Assembly: GCA_041663445.1 (NCBI GenBank)
Contig: JBAYMR010000001.1
Coordinates: forward strand, 47,393-111,392
DNA from: Candidatus Micrarchaeia archaeon
GTDB lineage: Archaea; Micrarchaeota; Micrarchaeia; Anstonellales; Anstonellaceae
Length of the DNA stretch: 64,000 nt
Direction: 5' to 3'
The position numbers and the translations under genes were made by a program. Positions 55,649 to 64,000 of the stretch are shown here, one piece after another. Each line of letters begins with the position of its first letter. Position 1 is the first letter of the stretch. Below the pieces are notes generated by a model, which worked only from the letters and a program-made list of their open reading frames with translations, did not search any database and was not told where the DNA came from.

Positions 55649-58600
55649 TTACCAGTCCATTGTCACTTTCCATGCCGATGCGAGCGCGCCTACCGAGGCC
55701 TCCACTTCCTGCCTGCCGTTGACGGACACCTTAAGCTCGCCGCCCTTCACCTCGCCCACGCGCTCGCACGCCGCGCCGCGCATGAGCGCGGCAAACGCGC
55801 GCTCGTCCTTCCTTTTCACGGACACCACGAACCTGCCTGCGCTTTCCGAGAACAGGAGCTGCACCGGGGTGAGCTTGGCTTTCGGGAACGAGACGTCCGC
55901 GCCGACATTGCCGCCGATGCAGCATTCGGCAAGCGCCACCGCCAGCCCGCCCTCGGAGCAGTCGTGGCACGAGGACACCAGGCCGCGCTTTATCGCGGAC
56001 TCAAGCTTCCTGTAAAGCGCGAAATTCCTCCTGAAGTCCACGCACGGCACGATTGTGCCGGTTGAATTGCGCATGGCGTAATATTCCGAGGCGCCCAGCT
56101 CCGCGCGCGTGGTTCCCAGGACGTAAATGGCATCGCCTTGCGACTTGAAGTCGGTTGTCTGCGAGAGTGAAACGTCGTCCGTCCTGCCCACTGCGGAAAT
56201 GAGGAGGGTTGGCGGGACGGATATCCTCCACCTGCCGTGCTTGTAGTCGTTTTTCATGCTGTCCTTGCCGGAGATGAGCGGCGCGCCGTATGCAAGGCAG
56301 GCGTCGTAGAGCCCGCGGCATGAGGCAACGAGCTGGGCGAGCCTGTGCCGCCCGTCGGGATTGTCAGGGGACGCTATCGGGTCGCACCAGCAGAAATTGT
56401 CAAGGAGCGTGAGCCTGTCAAGCGAGCCTCCGGCGGAAACATAGTTCCTCACCGCCTCGTCAACGGCGTTCGCGGCCATCTGGTATGCGTCAATGTCGGA
56501 ATAGCGCGCGCATATCCCGTTCGACACCACCAGGCCTTCCTTCCTGCCAAGCAATGGCGCGACCACTCCGGCATCGGAAGGCCCGTCGGCTTTCACGCCG
56601 CACAACGGCTTTATCACCGAGCTGCCCTGCACCTCGTGGTCGTACTGCCTGATTATGTATTCCTTGGAGCAGATGTTCGGGCGGGAAAGCAGCGAGATGA
56701 GCACCGCGCCGAGGTTCTGGTTTTCAGGGAGGGCAGGCTCGGACAGCTTCAGCGTGCGGAGCTCGGCCTCAAGCTGCAGCTGCGGCACGCCCTTGTGCAG
56801 GAACTGCATGGAAAGGAATGCGACAACCCTTGCGCCGTACATCACGCGCAGGAAGCCGGAGGCGTTGAACTCCCCGAGGTCGGAAACCTCCACGTCGCGC
56901 AGGCGCGCAAGCGAGACAAACTCCCCTGCCTTGCCGGGCGGAACCGCAATGGTCATCCGCTCCTGCGACTCGGAAACGAAAATCTCCCACGGGTCAAGCC
57001 CGGGGTATTTGAGCGGCGCGCGGTCAAGGTGCACGCTGCACCCCCCGCTCATCTCGGCCATCTCGCCGACAGAGGACGATAGCCCGCCCGCGCCATCGTC
57101 GGTTATCGCGTTGTAGAGGCCCAGGTCGCGCGCCTCGAGCACGAAGTCCACCACTTTTTTCTGCGTGTAGGGGTCGCCGAGCTGGACGGCGGAAACAGGC
57201 GAGCCTTCGTTCATCTCCTGGCTTGAGAACGTGGCGCCGTGTATGCCGTCCTTGCCAATCCTGCCGCCCACCATGAATATCCTGTCACCGGGCAGCACGC
57301 GCTTCTCGTGCGTTTTCCTCCCGTCAGGAAGCAGTGAGGGCATCATCCCGCCCGTGCCGCAGTAGACCAGCGGCTTCCCGAGGTACCGCCCGTCAAAGTA
57401 AAGCGAGCCGTTCACTGTCGGGATGCCGGAGGCGTTGCCGCCAGCAGCCACGCCCGCCCTCACGCCTTCAAGCACGCGGCGCGGGTGGAACAGGCGCGGC
57501 GGGATTTCCCCCTGATAGTGCGGGTCTGCGAAGCAGAAGACATCGGTGTTGAAAATCGGGCGCGCGCCCATGCCGCAGCCGAGGATGTCGCGGTTCACGC
57601 CAAGTATGCCCGTGAGCGCGCCGCCGTACGGGTCGAGCGCGGACGGGGAGTTGTGCGTCTCCACCTTCATCGCCACGCTCCAGCCGGGGACGAATTCGAA
57701 CACGCCTGCGTTGTCCGAGAAGACCGAGAGCAGCCATTTCCTTTTCCTGGCAAGCCTGGTCGTGGCGCCCTTTATGTACGTCTTGAAGATGGAATCCACG
57801 ACTTTCTTTTTCCTGCCCTCGGTCAGCGTGATTTTCGCGTTGAATATCTTGTGCTTGCAGTGCTCGGACCACGTCTGCCCGAGCGCCTCAAGCTCCACGT
57901 CGGTTGGCACGGGCATGAGGCCCGCCTTCCTGCGCTCCTCGGCGACAGCAGGGTCCATGTAATATGCCTTGATTCTCTTCATTTCCTCGAGCGAGAGCGC
58001 AAGCAGCCGCTCGCGCGAAATCTCTACGAGGCGCTTGTCGGGTACGTTGAGGTCAATGTCCGCCACCTTGCCCCCGCCCATCGCGCCCACGCGCGGGACG
58101 TCCGCGGAAAACCCGGCAGCCCCGAATTCCTGCGCCGTCTTCACCTCGAAGCGCTGGATAAGCTCGTTTGCCAAAAGTTCGCGCGCGGCCTTTTCGCCTT
58201 CCTGCTTCGCCATCTTGCCCGCTATCAGGTAGTGCCTGCTGGAATACACCGCGCCGGAAAGCTTTTTCCCGAGCAGCTCCTCCATCGCCTCGCGCGCCGT
58301 GCCGCCCACGTTGTCCTTCACGCCCGGGCGGAACGAGACTGCGATGGCGACGGAAAACTTCGGGGGGAGGAAAAGCGGCCTGTCAACTGAGAAGGATTGG
58401 TTTATTGGGTCGCAGAGAAGCTCCGCGCCCACGCGCGCAAGCTCTGCTTCGGGCAAGTCGTCATCAATCGTGTAAACGTCCAGCACGCGCACGGATTTTG
58501 CGTCGGCAATGCCCAGGTCGGACTTTATCCTGCGGAGTACAGCATCGCCTGCAGGGTCTATAAATTCTGGCAGGTAGCCGGTTTCTATCCTGTGCGCCAT
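55649..58600 (-). CDS. purL: FGAM synthase synthetase subunit with fused PurS-like N-terminal domains
   Basis: QTWSEHCKH, DNAG, KVETHNSPS, DGIHGA, GAGGL, SESQERM, SGKDSM. Confidence 0.95.
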   Translation of the reverse strand: MAHRIETGYLPEFIDPAGDAVLRRIKSDLGIADAKSVRVLDVYTIDDDLPEAELARVGAELLCDPINQSFSVDRPLFLPPKFSVAIAVSFRPGVKDNVGGTAREAMEELLGKKLSGAVYSSRHYLIAGKMAKQEGEKAARELLANELIQRFEVKTAQEFGAAGFSADVPRVGAMGGGKVADIDLNVPDKRLVEISRERLLALSLEEMKRIKAYYMDPAVAEERRKAGLMPVPTDVELEALGQTWSEHCKHKIFNAKITLTEGRKKKVVDSIFKTYIKGATTRLARKRKWLLSVFSDNAGVFEFVPGWSVAMKVETHNSPSALDPYGGALTGILGVNRDILGCGMGARPIFNTDVFCFADPHYQGEIPPRLFHPRRVLEGVRAGVAAGGNASGIPTVNGSLYFDGRYLGKPLVYCGTGGMMPSLLPDGRKTHEKRVLPGDRIFMVGGRIGKDGIHGATFSSQEMNEGSPVSAVQLGDPYTQKKVVDFVLEARDLGLYNAITDDGAGGLSSSVGEMAEMSGGCSVHLDRAPLKYPGLDPWEIFVSESQERMTIAVPPGKAGEFVSLARLRDVEVSDLGEFNASGFLRVMYGARVVAFLSMQFLHKGVPQLQLEAELRTLKLSEPALPENQNLGAVLISLLSRPNICSKEYIIRQYDHEVQGSSVIKPLCGVKADGPSDAGVVAPLLGRKEGLVVSNGICARYSDIDAYQMAANAVDEAVRNYVSAGGSLDRLTLLDNFCWCDPIASPDNPDGRHRLAQLVASCRGLYDACLAYGAPLISGKDSMKNDYKHGRWRISVPPTLLISAVGRTDDVSLSQTTDFKSQGDAIYVLGTTRAELGASEYYAMRNSTGTIVPCVDFRRNFALYRKLESAIKRGLVSSCHDCSEGGLAVALAECCIGGNVGADVSFPKAKLTPVQLLFSESAGRFVVSVKRKDERAFAALMRGAACERVGEVKGGELKVSVNGRQEVEASVGALASAWKVTMDW

Positions 58601-58753
58601 TGAAACTCCAGCCGGGAATTTTCAGACAGCCGCGCGCGCAGCCCGTTCTCCCACGGCAGTGCATGCGGAAGCAACATTTATAAGAGGGGAGCGGATTTTG
58701 CACACTAAAGAACAGGGAAAAACACTAAAAAGAAGGTGAAAACCAAGCAACCG

Positions 58754-60256
58754 CTATTCATCTACAAAAAGCAACGCCCGATTGTCATGCTGGCTACAAA
58801 GGAAAGTCGTATGAACATTATATATCGCATACCCATCTTCTTCCATTCGTTTGCCTGCAATCGTGTCCCAGTCAAATTCCCCGAACGCAGCAATGTATTT
58901 TCCAGATGCTTCTAGAAGACCAAGATTGTGACCGAATTTTGTGTCGATAAAAATTTCACCAGATTGAAGCCAGTCGTGGTTAGACTTATTAGTAAATCCT
59001 ATCGCTTTCACATGAGAAAGGGATTTCAACGAGTAGACTAGTTCACCACCCCAACTCTTGCCTAAAACATCGCTATCAATCAACAAAATGAAGTGCCTGT
59101 GCACCCTGTTGATTTTGGATATCCGCTCCCAGCCTTCTTTATCGAATATGTGCACGATTACGGGTGCATCGTCATCACCAGAACCCTGCACAAATGCTGA
59201 ATAAGCCAGCACTTTTCCGTTTATCATGGACGTGTCGATTGAGAGATGGAAAGAGTCCTTGACAGAGACCTGGTTGATGAAAAATACTGGCTTTTCATTT
59301 TCAGCACGCAATGCCCATTCAAGATCCTCCGCTGTTCCAGTAATTTGCATGTATTTTTCGAGGGAGCAATAAAGTTTGTCCATAGTCAAACTAGTGTGGT
59401 AAAAATCTACCTTGTGATTCCAAATTGGTAGCGCCGTGACAATCGTATTGTTTTCAAGAAGTAGCCTTGCGCCTAGAAAGAAGCTTTTGGGGGAGAGATC
59501 GCGTTCATTGGCAGTGTCATAAATAAAGCGCTGTGCGGAATTGCAGCCGTAGATTAATTCACGTATGGTCGTCAACCTATCAAATACCTCGACAGCCAGG
59601 CCAGCATCCATATCTTTCAAGTCAGCCAAGCCTTGAAAAGCAGTCACGGTGGGAACTGTATCGCCCCATAGACTATAAGTTTGAGCAAGGCCAGAAAGCC
59701 TTGGAGCATAGGCGCTGCCCAGCGTCGTAAATACTTTCTCGGCTACAAGCGGTTCCACCATTATTGCAATTCCATCGGGAAATCCAGTGTTGGCACGGAA
59801 ACGCACAGCGTCCGAAGAATAATGGCTCTTGATGACTTCTTTGACAAAATACTCAACAGAATCAAGGCGATTCATAAAGAAAAATGATTTGTATGCGCCA
59901 GTTCCTTTTGCATCACCATGCGCTGATGAACGTACTGCCAGCGCAGGCTCGTCCCCAAACGCACGACATATCAACTCAAAAACTGCAAGTTCGCCGCGGC
60001 TGAATTTCCCTTTGTCGATTAAGGCGCACATTTCAACATAAGTCGCCCCTTTTGCCCAAGCATCAGATGCGCCGCAGCGTTGCAGGAATTCATTGACAAA
60101 AGGTATGGATAATATTTGCCTTACCATAAGCTGGAAGTCGGCGCGGAGCAGATGTTCGTGACCATTGAATAAATTATAGGCTTTGCCACCCATATGCGCA
60201 GAGGTTTTCTCCCCTCCATGCACCACGAACAGCTCTTTTTTGGTTTGTATATTCAT
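58754..60256 (-). CDS. Divergent PEP synthase/PPDK N-terminal (ATP-grasp) domain protein
   Basis: GGKAYNL, AVRSSAHGD..G.GAY.S, DLEWA; AT-rich. Confidence 0.65.
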   Translation of the reverse strand: MNIQTKKELFVVHGGEKTSAHMGGKAYNLFNGHEHLLRADFQLMVRQILSIPFVNEFLQRCGASDAWAKGATYVEMCALIDKGKFSRGELAVFELICRAFGDEPALAVRSSAHGDAKGTGAYKSFFFMNRLDSVEYFVKEVIKSHYSSDAVRFRANTGFPDGIAIMVEPLVAEKVFTTLGSAYAPRLSGLAQTYSLWGDTVPTVTAFQGLADLKDMDAGLAVEVFDRLTTIRELIYGCNSAQRFIYDTANERDLSPKSFFLGARLLLENNTIVTALPIWNHKVDFYHTSLTMDKLYCSLEKYMQITGTAEDLEWALRAENEKPVFFINQVSVKDSFHLSIDTSMINGKVLAYSAFVQGSGDDDAPVIVHIFDKEGWERISKINRVHRHFILLIDSDVLGKSWGGELVYSLKSLSHVKAIGFTNKSNHDWLQSGEIFIDTKFGHNLGLLEASGKYIAAFGEFDWDTIAGKRMEEDGYAIYNVHTTFLCSQHDNRALLFVDE

Positions 60257-60327
60257 GTTTTAATTATGTGTCAAAAGATATAAAAATGTATGGATAATCT
60301 CCCATTAACAGAATAGACACGCACATG

Positions 60328-61410
60328 TTAGAACAAATACCCGCTCGCATCCTCCGCAAGCCCCACTCCGCCGCCAAGGTCGGACAGCGTATATTCGCGC
60401 CCGCCTTCGCGCAACGCGAACGATTTCACGCGCACGAGGTATTCGTCGTAGCGGAAGGTGGTCTTCTGGCGCATCACGAACGGCTGGAGCGCGTAGGTCT
60501 CCATTGCGCAGAAGAAGTTCTTGCCTGAAAGCACCCAGATTTTCCTTTCCCCTTCAAGGTACGTCTGGATGGACAGGCTGTGGAGCTTCACCCGCCTGCC
60601 GTGTATCTCGAAATAATAGTTCGAGGCAAAGCGAAGGCCCGAGCTGTTGCCAAACGGCTTGCCCGTGAAAACGTCAAGAGCCGCGCCGTTGCCGAACTGC
60701 AGCCGCACCCAGTTCCACGGGGCAAGCGGCATGGTCGCCACCACTTTCTGCAAATACGCCTTGCCGGACAGTTTCTTGCCCTCAAGCACGCCGTCAAACT
60801 CGAAATAGTAGTTTATCATCGCCGCGCCGAAGCGCGGGGCAACGGGATTTGCGAGTATGTGCACCATTTCATGGTGCTTGCCCTCCGACGGGTGGTAGGC
60901 GCGCGCGGTGAAAATCTTCTTCCCGCCCTTCACAAGCTCCACGTCGAAATGGGGATATTTTCCCGATATCGTGATTTTGCTTCCCCCGTCCCTCGCCTCA
61001 AGCAGGTTTTTCTCCCTGCCCTTTTCCAGCCGCACGCGCGCGGATGAATCGAATATCACCTGCTTGCCATTGGAGGACTGCAGCCAGCAGACTGCGGCGC
61101 ACACCACGCCCTGCTGCGCGTTCCCCTCGGGCACGGCGACGCCGTTCACGAGCACCGGGTCAACCGAGCGCCCCATGGTGAGTATCACCTGCTCCTCGCG
61201 CGGCGGGGCGCAGAAATGCAGGAACCAGTATTCCTTGCCCATGGAAGGCAAGTCCTCTATCTCGAAGAAAAGCTCGTCGGGGGTAGGGTATTTTTTCGAC
61301 TCGAACAGGCGCGAGAACTCGGACAGCTTGGAGTTGAGCTGGCCCGTTTTCTTCTTCCATTCCGGGCCAAGCCTGAAATTGCGCAGCTTGGAAAGTGTGC
61401 GGTTGGGCAT
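60328..61410 (-). CDS. Hypothetical protein (possibly AttH/tocopherol cyclase-like beta fold)
   Basis: KEYWFLHF and GKAYLQK...PWNW patterns. Confidence 0.55.
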   Translation of the reverse strand: MPNRTLSKLRNFRLGPEWKKKTGQLNSKLSEFSRLFESKKYPTPDELFFEIEDLPSMGKEYWFLHFCAPPREEQVILTMGRSVDPVLVNGVAVPEGNAQQGVVCAAVCWLQSSNGKQVIFDSSARVRLEKGREKNLLEARDGGSKITISGKYPHFDVELVKGGKKIFTARAYHPSEGKHHEMVHILANPVAPRFGAAMINYYFEFDGVLEGKKLSGKAYLQKVVATMPLAPWNWVRLQFGNGAALDVFTGKPFGNSSGLRFASNYYFEIHGRRVKLHSLSIQTYLEGERKIWVLSGKNFFCAMETYALQPFVMRQKTTFRYDEYLVRVKSFALREGGREYTLSDLGGGVGLAEDASGYLF

Positions 61411-61472
61411 GGCAATCAAAGCAGCTTCAGCGGCAACTTTAATTAACGTTTGGCACCCCACTAACAGATGAC

Positions 61473-61545
61473 GGGGGAATGGGCTAACCTGGTATGCTAC
61501 TAGGTTTGGGACCTAGTGATTCGAGTTCAAATCTCGATTCCCCCA
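61473..61545 (+). tRNA. tRNA-Pro(TGG)
   Basis: Acceptor GGGGGAA/TTCCCCC; anticodon arm CTAGG-TTTGGGA-CCTAG; T-arm TCGAG-TTCAAAT-CTCGA. Confidence 0.94.
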
Positions 61546-61576
61546 TTTTGCAATCATATCTCGTTTTGGTGCAAAC

Positions 61577-62560
61577 ATGAAATACGGAAACTCGGAATTG
61601 CGCGGGAAATTCGTGCTTGGCCCCATGGCGGCATACACCGACATTGCGTTCAGGCTTCTTTGCAGGCGCGCGGGCGCGGCGATGTGCTTCACCGAGTTTG
61701 CAAATGCAGAAGCCATCAGCCGGGACGGGAAGAATACCGGCGCGCTTCTCCGGACGTGCAATGAGGAGATGCCCGTCGGCATACAGATATTCGGCGCAAC
61801 GCCCGAGGCGATGGGAAAGGCTGCGGCAACAATAAGCGCGCGCGTGCAGGGCGGGGAGCTGTTTGCCTCGTGCATAGACATCAACTTCGGCTGCCCGGCA
61901 GGGAGCGTAATCCGCGCGGGCGCGGGAAGCGCGCTTTTGAAAAGCCCGGAGAGGATGCGCGCGATTGCCGAGGCGTGCGTGGAGCGCTCGGAAATCCCTG
62001 TGACCGCAAAGATACGGGCGGGGTGGAAAAGCGACAGCGCAGTGGAGCTTGCAAAAATGCTGGAAAGCGCCGGAGTGTCGGGCATCACGGTGCACTGGAG
62101 GACTGCGACAGAGGGGAGGAAAAGGCAGGGCGGCTGGGAAGCGCTGCGCGAGGTCAAGGGGGCGGTGGGCATCCCGGTGATTGGCAATGGCGGCGCGTCC
62201 ACCCCTGAAAAGGCAGTGCGGTTCCTTGACGAGACGGGCTGCGATGCGGTGATGATTGCGTCGGCGGCACTGGGCAACCCGCACATTTTTTCGCAGGCGA
62301 ACGATTTGCTGGAAAAGGGGAGATACAAAGAAACGCTTTGGGGCGAAAAGCGCGCATCGTTCCTGGAATACTGCTCGCTCGCCCAGAAATACGAGGTTGC
62401 AACGCCCAAGAGGATGCGCGCGCAGGCAATCGAATGGGTCACGGGCTTCAACGGCGTGAAAGAGGCAAGGAAAAGGCTCAACGCGGCAAAAACAGGCCAG
62501 GAGATTGAAGGGATAGTGTCGGGGTTCGAGCCCTCAACAGTTCAGGCTAACCAGACATGA
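61577..62560 (+). CDS. dus: tRNA-dihydrouridine synthase (DusB-like)
   Basis: GPMAAYTD, DINFGCP, GAGSALL, VTAKIR, TVHWR, VIGNG. Confidence 0.9.
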   Translation: MKYGNSELRGKFVLGPMAAYTDIAFRLLCRRAGAAMCFTEFANAEAISRDGKNTGALLRTCNEEMPVGIQIFGATPEAMGKAAATISARVQGGELFASCIDINFGCPAGSVIRAGAGSALLKSPERMRAIAEACVERSEIPVTAKIRAGWKSDSAVELAKMLESAGVSGITVHWRTATEGRKRQGGWEALREVKGAVGIPVIGNGGASTPEKAVRFLDETGCDAVMIASAALGNPHIFSQANDLLEKGRYKETLWGEKRASFLEYCSLAQKYEVATPKRMRAQAIEWVTGFNGVKEARKRLNAAKTGQEIEGIVSGFEPSTVQANQT

Positions 62561-62576
62561 TGGGACAGGCGCCCGC

Positions 62577-63128
62577 TCACTCAAGGTCGTCGGACATGAA
62601 GGAAAAGTCCGCATGCTCGAACTTCTCGTGCAGCTTTTTCCTCTCCACTGCGTCGGCAGGCTCGTCTATCACCTTGCCAATGCCAGTGAACATGCCATAC
62701 CATCCGGCAGGGACCAGCAATATCGTGATGACATGGTAGAAGATGCTTTCATAGGTCAGGTAGAAATAGAAGTACGTGTCGAGAAGCAGTATGAGGAACC
62801 CCACGAGCATGTAAAAATATCCCCTGGTTTTTGTCTTTTTTATTGCGTCCGATTCGCGCCTAACCATGAATGCGAACTGCTCGCGCAGCCTCTTTTTTAT
62901 GAGCGCCTCGGCCTTCAGGTCGCGCTCGGCTGAAGGGATGGTGAAGTGCACCTCGAACCCGCCGTGCTTGCTTTCCATGTAGCGGCGGCTCATCTCCTTC
63001 AGGAAGTCCTCGGACATCTCGCGCTGGGAATAGGGGCGCGGGTCGAAGTCCGAGAATATGTCGTCGTAGGTGTCCAGCGTGATTGCGATGTCGCGGAGGG
63101 CGCCTGCGTTTTCAATCGGCTTTTCCAT
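62577..63128 (-). CDS. Conserved hypothetical two-TM membrane protein
   Basis: LDTYDDIFSDFDPRP...SEDF followed by two TM helices. Confidence 0.7.
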   Translation of the reverse strand: MEKPIENAGALRDIAITLDTYDDIFSDFDPRPYSQREMSEDFLKEMSRRYMESKHGGFEVHFTIPSAERDLKAEALIKKRLREQFAFMVRRESDAIKKTKTRGYFYMLVGFLILLLDTYFYFYLTYESIFYHVITILLVPAGWYGMFTGIGKVIDEPADAVERKKLHEKFEHADFSFMSDDLE

Positions 63129-63260
63129 GGCGCATTCAGGGGATGCAAAGGATAAAAATGTGCCGCATGCGGCGCCAAGGCGGGGCTCTGCAGAAAAATT
63201 GCGCGGGAGGCGAGAGAAAAAAGCCGGGGCGGGAAAAAAATGGCGCTGGCCGTGCTCGGC

Positions 63261-63695
63261 TCAGCTTGGGCGCTTCCTCACGAGCAGGAGAGTCGCGCCC
63301 ATCCTTTTCTCGAAAAAGCCGAGCGAGAGATAGAGGCCGGAGGCCGTGTTGAGCGCGCGCACCTTGAGGTACGTCATGCGCGCGCCGTGCCTGTCGGCGT
63401 AGGAAAGGGCCTCGCGCATCAGGGCGGTGCCGAACCCGTGCTCGCGGTAGTGCGCAAGCACGCCGAGGCCGGAGATGTAGCACCTGTCCTCGCGCATGCG
63501 CAGGTGGCAAAAGCCTATGGGCATGCCGCTGCGCTCGGCTATGAAAAACACGTCGTCGGGCAGGTTCCTGAAAATGGCATTGGGGAAAAGCACCGAGGTC
63601 ATTTCCTCGATTGCGTCCATGTCCGCCTTCCTCGCGCGCCTGATGGAAAAGATTGTTGAGCTGCCAGCCGCGCCCGTTCCATTTTCCAAAGCCAA
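63261..63695 (-). CDS. GNAT N-acetyltransferase (RimI-like)
   Basis: LGV...YREHGFG, LKVRALN..A..LY..LGF. Confidence 0.85.
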   Translation of the reverse strand: MALENGTGAAGSSTIFSIRRARKADMDAIEEMTSVLFPNAIFRNLPDDVFFIAERSGMPIGFCHLRMREDRCYISGLGVLAHYREHGFGTALMREALSYADRHGARMTYLKVRALNTASGLYLSLGFFEKRMGATLLLVRKRPS

Positions 63696-63704
63696 GGAAC
63701 CACT

Positions 63705-64000
63705 TCAAAGGGTGATGAACTCCACGTCTATGCTTTCCCCTATGGTTATTTCCGCGCCGCGCATCTTTTCAGCAGGCCCGAGCTTCACCACAAGCGTCTC
63801 GCCGAGTATTTCCCTGCCCTCGTGCTCGTGCACGTGCCCGCAGATGAGGAGTATGGGGCGTTTTTCTTCCACCATCTTCCGCACCGCCTTGCTGCCCACG
63901 TGCATGCCGTTCCCCACCTCGTCAAAAAGCCCGTAGGGCGGCGGATGGGAAAGCACTATTGAAAACTCGTCCACGCCCGCGCGCGCAAGGGCGGATGCTA
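63705..64000 (-). CDS. Metallophosphoesterase (Icc-like), 5'-partial
   Basis: LSHPPPYG, HVGS, CGHVHE; runs off the window end. Confidence 0.85.
   Translation of the reverse strand, partial: ASALARAGVDEFSIVLSHPPPYGLFDEVGNGMHVGSKAVRKMVEEKRPILLICGHVHEHEGREILGETLVVKLGPAEKMRGAEITIGESIDVEFITL

Noticed and set aside
58601..58680. Purine or ZTP riboswitch in the purL leader
   Set aside because: Only short GC stems; consensus motifs not matched.
1..64000. Diversity-generating retroelement, provirus, IS element or rRNA
   Set aside because: No reverse transcriptase, adenine-variable repeat pair, capsid/terminase, transposase or rRNA signature was recognised by eye.

Overview
GC-rich archaeal chromosome segment, most likely from a DPANN archaeon and probably Micrarchaeota. 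This placement is inferred from archaeal EF-1beta, archaeal-type AlaRS, class III signal-peptide pilins, a tandem-HTH Lrp regulator, GGTGA-type SD sites, TATA promoters and non-canonical tRNA introns. It holds about 55 CDSs. Housekeeping and metabolic genes include transketolase, 2-oxoacid:ferredoxin oxidoreductase alpha/beta, GDH, bacterial-type MetK, PurQ/PurL, AlaRS, Rad50, HerA, GalT, cupin PGI and Dus. There is also an osmotic-stress/transport block (MscS, OtsA, OtsB and three cation transporters) and an AbiE-like two-gene module between 58-bp direct repeats. RNA genes are five tRNAs (Trp-CCA with one intron, Arg-GCG, Val-CAC, Glu-CTC with two introns, Pro-TGG) and a probable box C/D sRNA. 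The most striking unexplained pattern is that tRNA-Trp and tRNA-Val are each followed by duplicated 3' tRNA fragments whose T-loop is split by non-BHB cassettes of short hairpins at essentially the same position. Further tRNA-fragment/hairpin structures occur near tRNA-Glu and 10.5 kb from tRNA-Trp. No CRISPR array, integrase, transposase, reverse transcriptase or rRNA was recognised.
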